Source: Verrucomicrobiia bacterium (GTDB lineage Bacteria; Verrucomicrobiota; Verrucomicrobiia; Palsa-1439). From it: a stretch of 64,000 bases of DNA. The stretch lies in assembly GCA_052146795.1 (NCBI GenBank), contig JBKQMH010000106.1, forward strand, positions 390-64,389, read 5' to 3'. The notes under the pieces were generated by a model. The model did not search any database, was not told where the DNA came from, and saw only the letters and a list, made by a program, of their open reading frames with translations. The position numbers and the translations under genes were made by a program. Shown here piece by piece: positions 47,682 through 59,559 of the stretch; position 1 is the first letter of the stretch, and each line of letters begins with the position of its first letter.

Positions 47682-48269
47682 ATGAAATCCAGCCGACTTG
47701 AAGCGTTCAGCGATGGCGTGATCGCGATCATCATCACGATCATGGTGCTGGAGTTGAAAGTGCCGCACGCCACCGCGCTCGCCGACCTGAAACCGTTGCT
47801 GCCGGTGTTCCTGAGTTACGTGTTGAGCTTCATCTATGTCGGCATCTACTGGAACAACCATCACCACATGCTCCATTCCACCAAGCACGTCACCGGCGGC
47901 ATCCTCTGGGCCAACCTCCACCTGCTGTTCTGGCTCTCGCTCTTTCCGTTCACCACCGCCTGGATGGGCGAGAACCATCTCGCGCCGATGCCCGCCGCCG
48001 TCTACGGCTTCGTGCTCCTGATGGCCGCCATCGCCTATTACATTTTGCAACGCGCCATCATCAAACTGCAAGGAACCGACTCCCTGCTCGCCGCCGCCAT
48101 CGGGAAAGACTGGAAAGGCAAGCTCTCACCCCTGCTCTATTTCGTCGCCATCCCGCTCGCCTTCGTCAGCCCGTGGATTTCCACCGGCCTCTACGTCTTC
48201 GTCGCCCTCCTCTGGCTCATCCCCGACCGCCGCATCGAACGCGTGCTGGCGACGCGAGAACGGGAGTGA
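47682..48269 (+). CDS. TMEM175-family K+ channel (DUF1211)
   Basis: RLEAFSDGVIAIIITIMVLEL, YWNNHH. Confidence 0.92.
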   Translation: MKSSRLEAFSDGVIAIIITIMVLELKVPHATALADLKPLLPVFLSYVLSFIYVGIYWNNHHHMLHSTKHVTGGILWANLHLLFWLSLFPFTTAWMGENHLAPMPAAVYGFVLLMAAIAYYILQRAIIKLQGTDSLLAAAIGKDWKGKLSPLLYFVAIPLAFVSPWISTGLYVFVALLWLIPDRRIERVLATRERE

Positions 48270-48408
48270 ACGCGACAATGATTTCAGTGTTCTTGACGTT
48301 TCTTATCTTGACGGTTTCCCCTTTTGCCCCACACGTGGGCCTTCAAAGAGTTGGACAACCGCTAGATGCTCCCTGACGGCCAAGTCGCCCTCGTTGTCCC
48401 CATTTGGT

Positions 48409-49323
48409 TCATCCGCACCGAGCCACCCCGATCGTGCTGCCGGTCGTCATGTTCTCAGTTTCGGAGAATTCTAAGGCGTATTCTTGCGATTGCAGCTTCG
48501 CGAACAACAAGTGGACGTGCGAAAACTCCGGATCGTGATCTATGGTCTTGCGAACTTCATCCCGGAACTCGCGAGAAGAGTTTGCCCCAAAGATGACTGT
48601 TCGGAGGCACTCCGGCGGAAAATTCTGAACGTGCATCATGGGTGACACTTCCTTGCAGTCCTGTATTGGCGACATCATTCGCCATTCCGCCTCGTACTCC
48701 CATGCCAAGCTCTTTGTCAGAAATAACTCCGCGAATTCCGTACACAGTAGATTCACTTTTGGACGCCGCCGAGAATACACGACTTGCCGAAGATGGTAGA
48801 ACTCATCATCGGGCCCACGGCGTCGGTTGAAGAATGCGTGTGACGCATCAAACTCCAGAACCATGCCCCGATGGAAGTCCCCATAATGAGACCACATCAA
48901 CAGGTCATTTGGTCGCTCCGTGAGGCTGAGTATGCCCAACATCGCATCAGCATTCTTGTAGAAATCGGCAGTCATGATGGGCAGCGATTGCGCCGTCACG
49001 TGTTTCATAATTTCCAGCACAACCGGCTCCTGGGCATGCATCTGTTGCAAAAGAGCATCCCGCGACAATATCTGCCGCACTTGCGCAGGCAGACTGCTCA
49101 GCGTCTCATCCAACACCACCGGGATTTTAGCCTTCACTATCGGCAACCAATCGGCTTCGCCCCCCATCGTTTCCAAAAACGGCCTCGCTTCGAATGGGTC
49201 ATTCAATAAGGAGGGTCGAGTAAACCTCAGCGTCTTAGTTTGAAGGATCTTTACCCCCCTTTGGCCCACGTATTTAAAGAGACGCGGGGGAGGTTGACAA
49301 ACGTTTGGATGATCCGGACACAT
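48409..49323 (-). CDS. DUF2971-like protein
   Basis: LFKY, LRFTRPSLLNDPFE, SLTERPNDLLMWSHYGDFHRGMVLEFD, KSLAWEYEAEWR. Confidence 0.8.
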   Translation of the reverse strand: MCPDHPNVCQPPPRLFKYVGQRGVKILQTKTLRFTRPSLLNDPFEARPFLETMGGEADWLPIVKAKIPVVLDETLSSLPAQVRQILSRDALLQQMHAQEPVVLEIMKHVTAQSLPIMTADFYKNADAMLGILSLTERPNDLLMWSHYGDFHRGMVLEFDASHAFFNRRRGPDDEFYHLRQVVYSRRRPKVNLLCTEFAELFLTKSLAWEYEAEWRMMSPIQDCKEVSPMMHVQNFPPECLRTVIFGANSSREFRDEVRKTIDHDPEFSHVHLLFAKLQSQEYALEFSETENMTTGSTIGVARCG

Positions 49324-49339
49324 GGCGGCACTCCGAGTT

Positions 49340-49518
49340 TCAAGTTTTCGCGTAAACCTGCGCGCCTTTCTCGACAAACTCCGTGGACCTTTCTTCCATT
49401 CCCTTCTTCAGAGCTTCGGATTCGGCGATCCCCTGCTCTTTGGCATATTTCCGCACATCTTCCGTGATTTTGATACTACAAAATGCGGGACGCTCCTGCT
49501 ACGGAAGTGGGCGGGCTT
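49340..49518 (-). pseudogene. Degenerate duplicate of the thiC 3' end
   Basis: Translates [58 protein letters not shown], against the ThiC tail at 50712-50891. Confidence 0.9.
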
Positions 49519-50620
49519 GTGCGGAAAGATCAATCCGTTTTCCGGTCGTGGCGGACTCGCGGGCGGCGTCGAGGATTTCCATCACGGTCATGTTCACGTC
49601 CAACGACGAAAGATCGCCGGTGGGTTGTATCTCCCCGCGCACGACCGCGGCCAAATAGGACAGTGAATTCGCCTCCGGGCCGGTCAACGGTGCGACGGTG
49701 GTCTCTGTTTCAGGCTGGTCGCCCGTCAACACTCGCAACAAATTCCTCCGCGGCACCAGCACGTAACCGGTCTGACCGTAAATCTCCATGTCCTTCCGGT
49801 TGTACGGCCAGTTCCACGACGCCTGGATGATTCCCTGGGCCTTGGGATACGTCACCACAATCGTCGCTTCATCGTCCACCTTCGGATAGACATCGGGCTT
49901 GATGTGTTGGGTCACCGCGAAAACCGACGTCGGCCGCTGACCGTGCATCAGCCAGGTGATCAGGTCGGCCCCGTAACAACCAAAATCCGTCAACGCCCCG
50001 CCACCGCTCAGCACCGGGTCGGTGAGCCATTGCAAAAATTCCGGCGGACAGCCGATTTCTTTCGGCCCGCGATGGCCGTCATGAACCACAAACTTGCGCA
50101 AGTCCCCGATCGCATGCTGTTCCCCGACCAATTTGTACGCCGCCTGATTGGCGGGATACCAGGTCGTCTCGTAATTGACGAGCAGATGAATGCCGCCCTT
50201 TTTGGCGGCGGCGGCCATCGCGCGGGCGTGCTCCATGTTCACGGCCAACGGCTTCTCCATCATCACATGTATGCCGCGAGGCGCGCACGCTTCCACGACC
50301 CGCCGATGATCGAACGTGGTGGTGAATGTGGCCACCGCTTGCACATTGGTTTTGGCCAGCAACTCTTCCAAGCTGGCATAAAACAAATTCGTGTTCAGTT
50401 GCCAACGCCGGGCGGCTTGCGCCACCAGCGCCTGATCCGGTTCCACGATGCCGACCACCTGCACGTCTGCGTTGGTGAGCGCCAGCGGAAGGAAATCCCG
50501 CACATGGGTGTGAACGAGGCCGATGATGGCGAGACGCACCGGGGGTTTGCCCTCCTCAGAAAACGCCGGCAGCGCGCTCCAGCCGAGCAGCAGATAAACG
50601 GCAAATAGAATGCTCTTCAT
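49499..50620 (-). CDS. Gfo/Idh/MocA oxidoreductase with signal peptide
   Basis: RLAIIGLVHTH, HVMMEKPLA, GGALTDFGCYG, IQASWNWP. Confidence 0.9.
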   Translation of the reverse strand: MKSILFAVYLLLGWSALPAFSEEGKPPVRLAIIGLVHTHVRDFLPLALTNADVQVVGIVEPDQALVAQAARRWQLNTNLFYASLEELLAKTNVQAVATFTTTFDHRRVVEACAPRGIHVMMEKPLAVNMEHARAMAAAAKKGGIHLLVNYETTWYPANQAAYKLVGEQHAIGDLRKFVVHDGHRGPKEIGCPPEFLQWLTDPVLSGGGALTDFGCYGADLITWLMHGQRPTSVFAVTQHIKPDVYPKVDDEATIVVTYPKAQGIIQASWNWPYNRKDMEIYGQTGYVLVPRRNLLRVLTGDQPETETTVAPLTGPEANSLSYLAAVVRGEIQPTGDLSSLDVNMTVMEILDAARESATTGKRIDLSAQARPLP

Positions 50621-50711
50621 CGCTTGCCTTGGTTGCGGGTGATATTTCGCACATTCGCGAGACCTGGAACGAAATCTGAAGCGGGCGCGTCATGGAAGCA
50701 GGCTTGGCCAT

Positions 50712-52493
<1,782 letters not shown>

Positions 52494-52537
52494 CTAAAAC
52501 AAAAAACCGACCCTGAAATCCAGGAGTCGGCTTCGCT

Positions 52538-52630
52538 ACGTGTTTCCCTACGCCAGCATTACCTGGATCAGGTTCCGTGGGTCTCCCGCCTCGTGCGGAA
52601 TCTCAGCCTCGAAAGGCTCCCCAAACGAAT
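52538..52630 (-). promoter_or_regulatory. TPP riboswitch
   Basis: Minus strand GGGGAGCC...GGCTGAGA...GACCC..GAACCTGATCCAGGTAATGCTGGCGTAGGGAA upstream of thiC. Confidence 0.93.
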
Positions 52631-52641
52631 CTGCCTACTAG

Positions 52642-52667
52642 TCCGCCGTAGCTTTAGCGAAGGCGGA
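52642..52667. repeat. REP-like palindrome
   Basis: TCCGCCGTAGCTTTAGCGAAGGCGGA imperfect hairpin. Confidence 0.55.
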
Positions 52668-52678
52668 TGAAAGAACAG

Positions 52679-52996
52679 TCAATTGAACGAACGTCCGCAC
52701 CCGCAGCTTGAATGCGCGTTGGGATTCTTGATCCGGAACCCCGACCCCTGCAGGCTGTCCTGATAATCGATCTCGCTGCCCTTCAGGAAATTCATGCTCA
52801 TCGGATCAATGACGACTTCCACGCCATCCTGCGCGATCACTTCGTCATCGGGCTTTTTGTCATCGAACGCCATACCGTATTCCATGCCCGAACAACCGCC
52901 CGTCTCGATGTACACGCGCAATGGCTTCCCCTGCGTGCCCGGATCAGCGAGCAATGTCTTGATATGCTTCGTGGCATTTTCCGTAAGTGTAATCAT
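52679..52996 (-). CDS. iscA: A-type Fe-S carrier (IscA/ErpA/HesB)
   Basis: GGCSGMEY, IKNPNAHSSCGCGRSF. Confidence 0.9.
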   Translation of the reverse strand: MITLTENATKHIKTLLADPGTQGKPLRVYIETGGCSGMEYGMAFDDKKPDDEVIAQDGVEVVIDPMSMNFLKGSEIDYQDSLQGSGFRIKNPNAHSSCGCGRSFN

Positions 52997-53062
52997 TTTC
53001 GTCACCACCAAACTGCACACTAACTGTACCAAGCTCCCGCCACGCTGTCAAACCTGCCCCGG

Positions 53063-53905
53063 CTACTCGATGACCACCCCGCCATAACCCACCACACGCG
53101 TGAAATCGCCGCTTACGTCGCCGCTGGTGCGGTATTCGAGAAGTTCGGCATGCTTGGCGCCAAGGCCATTGGCCGCCCACAGCACGATATACGTGGCCGC
53201 CACGCCGCACATGGAAACACCGACGTCGATGACCCGGTCCATCAGTGCGTCGGGATCCAGCTTCACGATGACGTCCAAAACAAGTTTGTCTTTTATGTGG
53301 GACGCTTCCTGATCCTCGTAGTGATTGAGGTCGGTCGAGGCGACAAGCAGCACAGGTCTGCCGTACTCCTTTACAGATTGTGCCACAGCACGGCCGATTT
53401 CTTTGAGTTCGCGACGCCCGCCGCTCTCGGGCCAGCCTCCACCAATCAGAAGCGGGACGATGTGGACATTCGCGTTCGCCCGCAACAGCATCGGTAATTG
53501 CACTTCCAGTGAATGCTCCTGGGCGTGAGCCTTGGTGTCTTCGGCAAGTAATTCACAATTGTCGAGAAGCTCCAACGCCAGCGGCTCGGCCACCGGCACA
53601 TCTCCAACGGGCGTATGCCATGCGCCTGAGCTATACACAGCATAGTGGCTGCCGGCATTATGATGATTGGGGCCGACGAGTATCACACGGTCGGGGATTT
53701 CCACGCTGGAATAAACAAGCCCCGCCGTGTGGCCGGAATACATCCAGCCCGCGTGTGGACAAACAACGGCGATGGCTTTCCGCTTTGGGACGGCCAAAGG
53801 AATCAGTGCGTCGAGCGCCGCGCCAATCTCCGACGCATCTGCCGGGTAGAACTGCCCGGCCACCGCTGGTTGACGAATCACGGCCTTCCCTTTCCGGCCA
53901 CCCAC
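53063..53905 (-). CDS. MEMO1-family protein (AmmeMemoRadiSam B)
   Basis: RQPAVAGQFYP, PHAGWMYSG, GPNHH, EHSLEVQLP, STDLNHY, SMCG, VVGYG. Confidence 0.92.
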   Translation of the reverse strand: MGGRKGKAVIRQPAVAGQFYPADASEIGAALDALIPLAVPKRKAIAVVCPHAGWMYSGHTAGLVYSSVEIPDRVILVGPNHHNAGSHYAVYSSGAWHTPVGDVPVAEPLALELLDNCELLAEDTKAHAQEHSLEVQLPMLLRANANVHIVPLLIGGGWPESGGRRELKEIGRAVAQSVKEYGRPVLLVASTDLNHYEDQEASHIKDKLVLDVIVKLDPDALMDRVIDVGVSMCGVAATYIVLWAANGLGAKHAELLEYRTSGDVSGDFTRVVGYGGVVIE

Positions 53906-53917
53906 TACCTAAGTGTA

Positions 53918-55237
53918 TTATGGCACGGACTGGATTGATTCCGCAAGCACTCTTAACACACGATCCATCTGCTCCTGACTAATGCAGTACGGCGGCATCA
54001 GGACGATGGTGTTGCCAATGGGCCGGGTGAGCACGCCCCGCTGCCGCATCTCCGCGCACACCTTGATGCCCATCCTGTCGGTCAGCGGGAACGGTTTCTT
54101 CGCGGCAACATCTTGAAACAATTCGATGGCGCCGATCATCCCGATGTGCCGCACATCTCCGACGTGCGGCAGTTGTCTCATCGCTTCCAAACCGGCGCGC
54201 AGTCGTTCACACTTTGGTTGGAGCGCTTTCAACGTTTGCTCTTCTTCGAACACCTTCAAATTCGCCAGCGCCGCCGCGCAGCCGAGTTGGTTGCCGGTGT
54301 AACTGTGTCCGTGAAAGAACGTCTTGAACTCGCCGTAGTCACCAAGAAATGCGTCGAAAATTTCCTCGGTCGTCAGCGTCGCCGCCAGCGGCAGATAACC
54401 ACCGGTGAGGCCCTTCGCCACCGCCATCAGGTCGGGCGTCACGCCTTCCTGCTCGCAGGCAAACATCGTTCCCGTGCGTCCGAAGCCGGTCATCACTTCG
54501 TCGGCGATCAACAGCGTGCCGTGCTCGGTGCATAGACGCCGCAATTCACCCAGCAACCCGCGCTTCCAAAGTCTCATTCCTGCCGCGCCTTGCACAAGCG
54601 GCTCGATCACAATCGCCGCAATCGAGTCCTTATGCCCGTGGAACATCCTCTCCAAACTCGATACATCGCCCACCCGAAGCACGTCAAACAATAGCGGCTT
54701 GAACGCCGCGTGAAACAATTCAATCCCACCCACGCTGACCGCGCCGAGCGTGTCGCCGTGATACGCATCGGCAAACGCCACAAACTTCGTGCGCTGCGGC
54801 TGTTTCCGGTGCTGCCAATATTGCAGGGCCATCTTGATGGCCACCTCCATCGCGGTCGAGCCATCGTCGGAATAGAACACGCGCGTCAGCCCGGGCGGCG
54901 CAATCGCCACCAGTTTCTCCGCCAGTTCAATGGCGGGCCCATTCGACAAGCCCAGGAATGAAGAATGGGCGATCCTGCCGAGCTGATCCTTGATGGCCTG
55001 CGTAATCCTCGGGTGCTGGTGGCCATGGAGATTCGTCCAGATCGAGGAATTCGCGTCGATGTACTCGCGCCCGTTCACGTCCCGTAGAATTGCTCCCTGC
55101 CCCGACTCGATGATGACCGGTTCTTCCGCCATCCAGTCCTTCATCTGCGTGAACGGATGCCAGAGGTAGCGATGGTCCTTGTCAGCGAGTGAGTCCACCG
55201 AACTCCGCCAGGAATTGTTCGACATCGGATTGTTCAT
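53918..55237 (-). CDS. bioA: 7,8-diaminopelargonate aminotransferase BioA (start uncertain)
   Basis: LWHPFTQM, YSDDGSTAMEVAIKMA, ADEVMTGFGRTG, AKGLTGGYLPL, HGHSYTGN. Confidence 0.93.
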   Translation of the reverse strand: MNNPMSNNSWRSSVDSLADKDHRYLWHPFTQMKDWMAEEPVIIESGQGAILRDVNGREYIDANSSIWTNLHGHQHPRITQAIKDQLGRIAHSSFLGLSNGPAIELAEKLVAIAPPGLTRVFYSDDGSTAMEVAIKMALQYWQHRKQPQRTKFVAFADAYHGDTLGAVSVGGIELFHAAFKPLLFDVLRVGDVSSLERMFHGHKDSIAAIVIEPLVQGAAGMRLWKRGLLGELRRLCTEHGTLLIADEVMTGFGRTGTMFACEQEGVTPDLMAVAKGLTGGYLPLAATLTTEEIFDAFLGDYGEFKTFFHGHSYTGNQLGCAAALANLKVFEEEQTLKALQPKCERLRAGLEAMRQLPHVGDVRHIGMIGAIELFQDVAAKKPFPLTDRMGIKVCAEMRQRGVLTRPIGNTIVLMPPYCISQEQMDRVLRVLAESIQSVP

Positions 55238-56348
55238 GCGCCGCGGTCACCGTGACCCGCAGGCGGGCTTTGCCCTTCGGAACAGTTGGAAAACGAATCG
55301 CCGGCACGAAGATGCCGCGCTCGTACAGCCTCCGTGAAGCTTCCACAGTGGCCGCCTCGTTACCGATAATGACCGGGATGATGGGACTGCGCGAGTCGTT
55401 TTGGATACCCAGCGCTGACAATTCATTCTTCATGAGGCTCACGTTGCGCCACAGCCGGTCGCGACGTTCCTGTCCGCGCTCACTCATCACAAAATCCACC
55501 GCCGCCGCAGCCGCCGCGCACACCGCTGGCGGTAACGCCGTCGAATAAATCAGGCTACGCGCCCGGTTTCGCAGGAAGTCGATCAATACCTGCGATCCGA
55601 CAACAAATCCGCCCAGGGACCCGAGCGCCTTGCTGAGCGTCCCGAGAGTAATATCGATCTTGTCCTCCACGCCGGTGGCCTCGGCGAGGCCACGGCGATT
55701 CCTCGCATACAATCCGGTCGCGTGCGCCTCATCAATCATCAGCCACGCCCCGTATCTCTCTTTCAGCTCGACGATCTCCGCCAGCGGTGCCAGATCGCCG
55801 TCCATGGAAAATACTGTCTCGGTCACAATCAGCGTCCGTCGAAACGAGCCGCTCTGTTGGAGAATCGCTTCGAGCTTTTTCAGGTTCTTGTGTGGATAGA
55901 CGCGAATCGTCGCCCCACTCTGACGCGCGCCATCAATAATGCTGGCATGATCCAGCTTGTCGAGGATGACCGCATCCTTCTCACCGACCAGCGCGGTAAT
56001 GGCGCCCACATTGGCCGCATAACCGCTGCTAAAAACAAGTGCGGCCTCTTTTGCCTTGAACGCCGCGAGTCTGCGCTCCAGGTCCTCGTAGGGTTGCAGG
56101 TTCCCGGACACGAGGCGCGACGCGCCGGCCCCGACCCCGTACTTCTCCACCGCATCCACCCCCGCCTGTTTCAATACCGGGTCATTGGCCAGGGCGAGGT
56201 AATCGTTGCTGGAAAAGTTCAGGAACTCGCGGCCATCGACTTGGATGTTCGGGCCTTGCGCGGATGTCACGTTCCGCAGGGTGCGGTACAATCCTTCCGC
56301 GCGTGTCTTGTCCAGCTCGGCGCCGAGTTGATCACGGAGTCTTGACAT
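55182..56348 (-). CDS. bioF: 8-amino-7-oxononanoate synthase BioF
   Basis: NFSSNDYLAL, GAGASRLVSG, HASIIDG, FSMDGD, DEAHATG, GTLSKALG. Confidence 0.95.
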   Translation of the reverse strand: MSRLRDQLGAELDKTRAEGLYRTLRNVTSAQGPNIQVDGREFLNFSSNDYLALANDPVLKQAGVDAVEKYGVGAGASRLVSGNLQPYEDLERRLAAFKAKEAALVFSSGYAANVGAITALVGEKDAVILDKLDHASIIDGARQSGATIRVYPHKNLKKLEAILQQSGSFRRTLIVTETVFSMDGDLAPLAEIVELKERYGAWLMIDEAHATGLYARNRRGLAEATGVEDKIDITLGTLSKALGSLGGFVVGSQVLIDFLRNRARSLIYSTALPPAVCAAAAAAVDFVMSERGQERRDRLWRNVSLMKNELSALGIQNDSRSPIIPVIIGNEAATVEASRRLYERGIFVPAIRFPTVPKGKARLRVTVTAAHEQSDVEQFLAEFGGLTR

Positions 56349-56934
56349 TCGATGGGGAAGATCCCGTCGGCGCGGCGGGCGGCGGTTGATAAATCACCAC
56401 GGCACGCGGATCGACGCGATAGCGCAGCCCGGCACTCTCCGTCACATACTTCAGCACGTCCGCCAGTGGGACACGGCGAAGATCCAACGTCACCTTGGTG
56501 GTCTTGAAACTCTCTGCTGATGCCTGCCAGACGAAGTTGATCGGGTAATCTGCGCCTGAGATCTTTTGGCTCTCCGTTCGCAGGAACTCAATAACGTCGG
56601 CCACCCCCACCTCGCGGAAATTTACTTCGGGGATGATGATTTCATCCAAAGTCTCTCTCAGCGCCGTCGAGGGATGGGGCTTGTGCTTCGCATCTTCGAC
56701 CTCCGCAAGCAACCGCTTGGCATTCACATCATTCGGATTCTGCTGTAACATCTGTATGCTACGCGCCTCGGCTTCGTCATACCGGCCCGTCCGCTCCAGA
56801 AAGATCACCGCCTGTTCGTCGGCGCGCAGGGACGCGTTGGTCTCCGTACCCGCGACCGCGACCCGCGTGAAAACCAACAAACTGGTCAGCGCCAAGAGAC
56901 CGATGTATCTGGTCGCTGAGTTAGCGTGTATCAT
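56332..56934 (-). CDS. Secreted protein with a TPR-like helix pair and an STN/secretin-N-like domain
   Basis: LDEIIIPEVNFREVGVADVIEFLR...VTLDLRRVPLADVLKYVTESAGLRYRVDPRAVVI. Confidence 0.6.
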   Translation of the reverse strand: MIHANSATRYIGLLALTSLLVFTRVAVAGTETNASLRADEQAVIFLERTGRYDEAEARSIQMLQQNPNDVNAKRLLAEVEDAKHKPHPSTALRETLDEIIIPEVNFREVGVADVIEFLRTESQKISGADYPINFVWQASAESFKTTKVTLDLRRVPLADVLKYVTESAGLRYRVDPRAVVIYQPPPAAPTGSSPSNVKTP

Positions 56935-58144
56935 CGAAAACCACCTCGCCCCCCACCATGGAGAAACTCACTTGCTTGTCGGCGTAAACGATTGCCTCGT
57001 ACGGGTCTCCGCCGGCTCCATCCATCGGGGCCGCGATCAGGTCGGCCCAGGCGCCGACGCCAACTCGTCCCAGCTTGTCACGGAGGTTCAACGCCTTGGC
57101 CCCGTTGACCGTGGCCAGAGTCAACAATTCCTGGGCTGATATCCGCGGTAACATATGCCCGAGCGTTTGCATTTCGACCAGCATGCTCAACGTGTCGTTG
57201 CTGGCCATGCTGTCAGTACCGAGGCAGGCATTGATCCGATGCTCTTTCCATGTCCCCAGCGGGGGGCTGCCACGGCCGAAGAAGCGATGCGTCTTCGGGC
57301 AGTGCACCACATGTGTGCCCGTCTGCTTGAGCAGTGTGACGTCCAGCGGTGTGAGGTAATTCGCGTGGGCGGCGAGGCAGTTGGGGCCCAGCACGCCGCA
57401 CTCGGACAGCAATTGGGTCGGACTTGCGCGTTTGCAGTCGGACATGTCGCGCCCCGCGCGCAAAAAATAGTCATACATATGCCCCGTGCCGCGCCGAATC
57501 ATGTCGTCTTCTTCCTCCGACTCGGCCAGATGCGTCGTCAATGGAATGTTGCGCCCGCGCGAGTATTGAGCGCAGAGTCGGTATAACTCCGCGGTCGCCG
57601 TGTAGGGCGCATGCGGCGAAAACCCAAAACCTCCGCGCGGGTTGGAATGGGCCGCGATGAACTCCAATGCCTGCGCCGCCACTTCGCGGGCGCCTTCGGG
57701 ATGATTGAAATCAATCATTTCCAGGCACCACCACACACGCAGTTGTGGCGGTGGAATCTGGTCGATGAACCTCGGGAATGACTCGATGTTCACCACCGTG
57801 GTCGTCCCGGACCGCGCCAGCATATCCAGGCCCATTTGGATTCCGCCGAGATACTCCTTTTCGGGGTGGAGTTGCTTGGCGGCGACCAACTGTAGCAGCC
57901 ACTCGGTAAAACTGCCGCGCCACTGGACCTCATCGTGGAGCCGGGTGTAGTCGAGATGACAATGCGCGTTGATCAACCCCGGCGCCAACACCCGTTCGCC
58001 GAGGTCGCGAACGTCGCCCGTATGCGCCGCCCGCACGTCCGCGGTCTTGCCCACGGCCACAATCGTGTCGCCGTCGATGGCCACCGCACCGTCTTCGATC
58101 GGCGGCTGGTCCATCGGCAATACGTATCGCGCTCGCAAGATCAT
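56921..58144 (-). CDS. Amidohydrolase-family deaminase
   Basis: PGLINAHCHL, SPHAPYT, THLAES, LAAHANY, HCP, LGTDS. Confidence 0.88.
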   Translation of the reverse strand: MILRARYVLPMDQPPIEDGAVAIDGDTIVAVGKTADVRAAHTGDVRDLGERVLAPGLINAHCHLDYTRLHDEVQWRGSFTEWLLQLVAAKQLHPEKEYLGGIQMGLDMLARSGTTTVVNIESFPRFIDQIPPPQLRVWWCLEMIDFNHPEGAREVAAQALEFIAAHSNPRGGFGFSPHAPYTATAELYRLCAQYSRGRNIPLTTHLAESEEEDDMIRRGTGHMYDYFLRAGRDMSDCKRASPTQLLSECGVLGPNCLAAHANYLTPLDVTLLKQTGTHVVHCPKTHRFFGRGSPPLGTWKEHRINACLGTDSMASNDTLSMLVEMQTLGHMLPRISAQELLTLATVNGAKALNLRDKLGRVGVGAWADLIAAPMDGAGGDPYEAIVYADKQVSFSMVGGEVVFDDTR

Positions 58145-58148
58145 CGCG

Positions 58149-58940
58149 TTATTCTCTCTCGTCACAGGGGATTCGAATTCGTTCGATGGAGCGGGCGCGA
58201 CCGGTCGTCTCGTCCACATCGATAATCGCACCACACAGTGCCACGTCACCCTCCGCCACCTCCATCTTCTGTGGCATCTGGGTAAGGAACCGCTGCAGCA
58301 CCGCGCCAACGTCCCGTCCGAGCACCGAATCATGCGGCCCGCACATTCCGGCGTCCGACAGGTACGCCGTGCCCTTGGGCAGGACGTGTTCGTCGGCCGT
58401 CGCCACGTGTGTGTGCGTTCCAATCACCGCGCTTACCTTTCCATCCAGGAACCGACCCATGGCAATTTTCTCGCTCGTGGCTTCGGCATGCAAGTCCACA
58501 ATGATGATTTTCGTCTGCGTGAGCAACCGCGCGACCTCGGCTTCGGCGGCGCGAAACGGACAATCCGTGTTCGGCATAAATACCCGGCCGATCAGGTTGA
58601 GCACCCCCACGGGCGGCAATCCATCCAATCGTACCACGGTCGATCCCTTCCCCGGCGCGGAGGGCGGGAAGTTCAACGGACGCAGCAACCGCGGTTCGCG
58701 CTCAATGACTTCGTAGACCTCTTTTTGGTCCCACACGTGGTCGCCCGAGGTGATCACGTCCACCCCGCTTGTGAGGAGCGCATCCACGGTTGATGCCGTC
58801 AGGCCGGCTCCGTGCGCGCTGTTTTCGCCGTTGGCGATGACGAAGTCGATGTCCCGTTCCTCTCGCAGGCGCGGTACCAAGGTGGCGACCGCCCGTCGCC
58901 CGGGTTTGCCCACCACGTCGCCAATGAACAGGATCTTCAT
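58149..58940 (-). CDS. ymdB: YmdB-like metallophosphoesterase (TIGR00282 type)
   Basis: GDVVGKPG, NGENSAHG, TSGDHVW, DLHAEATSEK, GTHTHV. Confidence 0.93.
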   Translation of the reverse strand: MKILFIGDVVGKPGRRAVATLVPRLREERDIDFVIANGENSAHGAGLTASTVDALLTSGVDVITSGDHVWDQKEVYEVIEREPRLLRPLNFPPSAPGKGSTVVRLDGLPPVGVLNLIGRVFMPNTDCPFRAAEAEVARLLTQTKIIIVDLHAEATSEKIAMGRFLDGKVSAVIGTHTHVATADEHVLPKGTAYLSDAGMCGPHDSVLGRDVGAVLQRFLTQMPQKMEVAEGDVALCGAIIDVDETTGRARSIERIRIPCDERE

Positions 58941-58943
58941 GCG

Positions 58944-59559
58944 TAATGACTAAAACCTAATTCCTAATGACTAGGGAAGCACGAATTCTCGAAATCTATC
59001 CAACTTCGACCAATAGCTTCTTGCCGCGCCTCCTGCTCCGTCAGCGTCGATCGATAAAAAGAGCGCGAGCAAGGCACCTTGCCCGGCCACCGCATCATGT
59101 CAATGCGACGTAATTGTGCGATGGCCGCATCGACGTAGCATTTGACCAGTGGGCTTGGCATGGTGAGACTGCTAATCCTTTTTTCCGCGACAGATGGCTG
59201 CAAAGATGAGGTGCAACTCCTTCGCTTCTTGCCATAATGCACGCGCGGGTTCCTTCATTTCAGGCGAGGCAGTGGCGATCATTCGCAACCAGTGCTTTGT
59301 TTCCCGCGCCTCTTTGCGACAATAGCCGATCTTTTGCAGAAACTCCTTTTTCGACTGAGCATCGTCCGCTTCCGCGTAATTCGCCCCGACGCTCGTTGCC
59401 GACCGCACGACCTGACCGATCAGTGGATACATGACAGCGCCATTCGGCAGTTGTTTGGCGAACACAATCACTGCTTCACCAAATTTCGCTGTCCGCTCCT
59501 CCAAATCAAACTTCCTGCCATCGTCCGTCATTCGCCCATTCCTTAGGCATTAGTCATTA
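58944..59559. repeat. 17-bp imperfect inverted repeat flanking the four-helix-bundle gene
   Basis: TAATGACTAAAACCTAA (58944-58960) against TTAGGCATTAGTCATTA (59543-59559), 15/17 complementary. Confidence 0.7.
59172..59531 (-). CDS. Four-helix-bundle (23S rRNA IVS/S23-like) protein
   Basis: DLEERTAKF, QVVRSATSVGANYAEA, EARETKHWL. Confidence 0.9.
   Translation of the reverse strand: MTDDGRKFDLEERTAKFGEAVIVFAKQLPNGAVMYPLIGQVVRSATSVGANYAEADDAQSKKEFLQKIGYCRKEARETKHWLRMIATASPEMKEPARALWQEAKELHLIFAAICRGKKD

Noticed and set aside
58964-59242. 92-aa ORF inside the four-helix-bundle cassette
   Set aside because: Overlaps the four-helix gene, ends inside the inverted repeat and has no recognisable motif.
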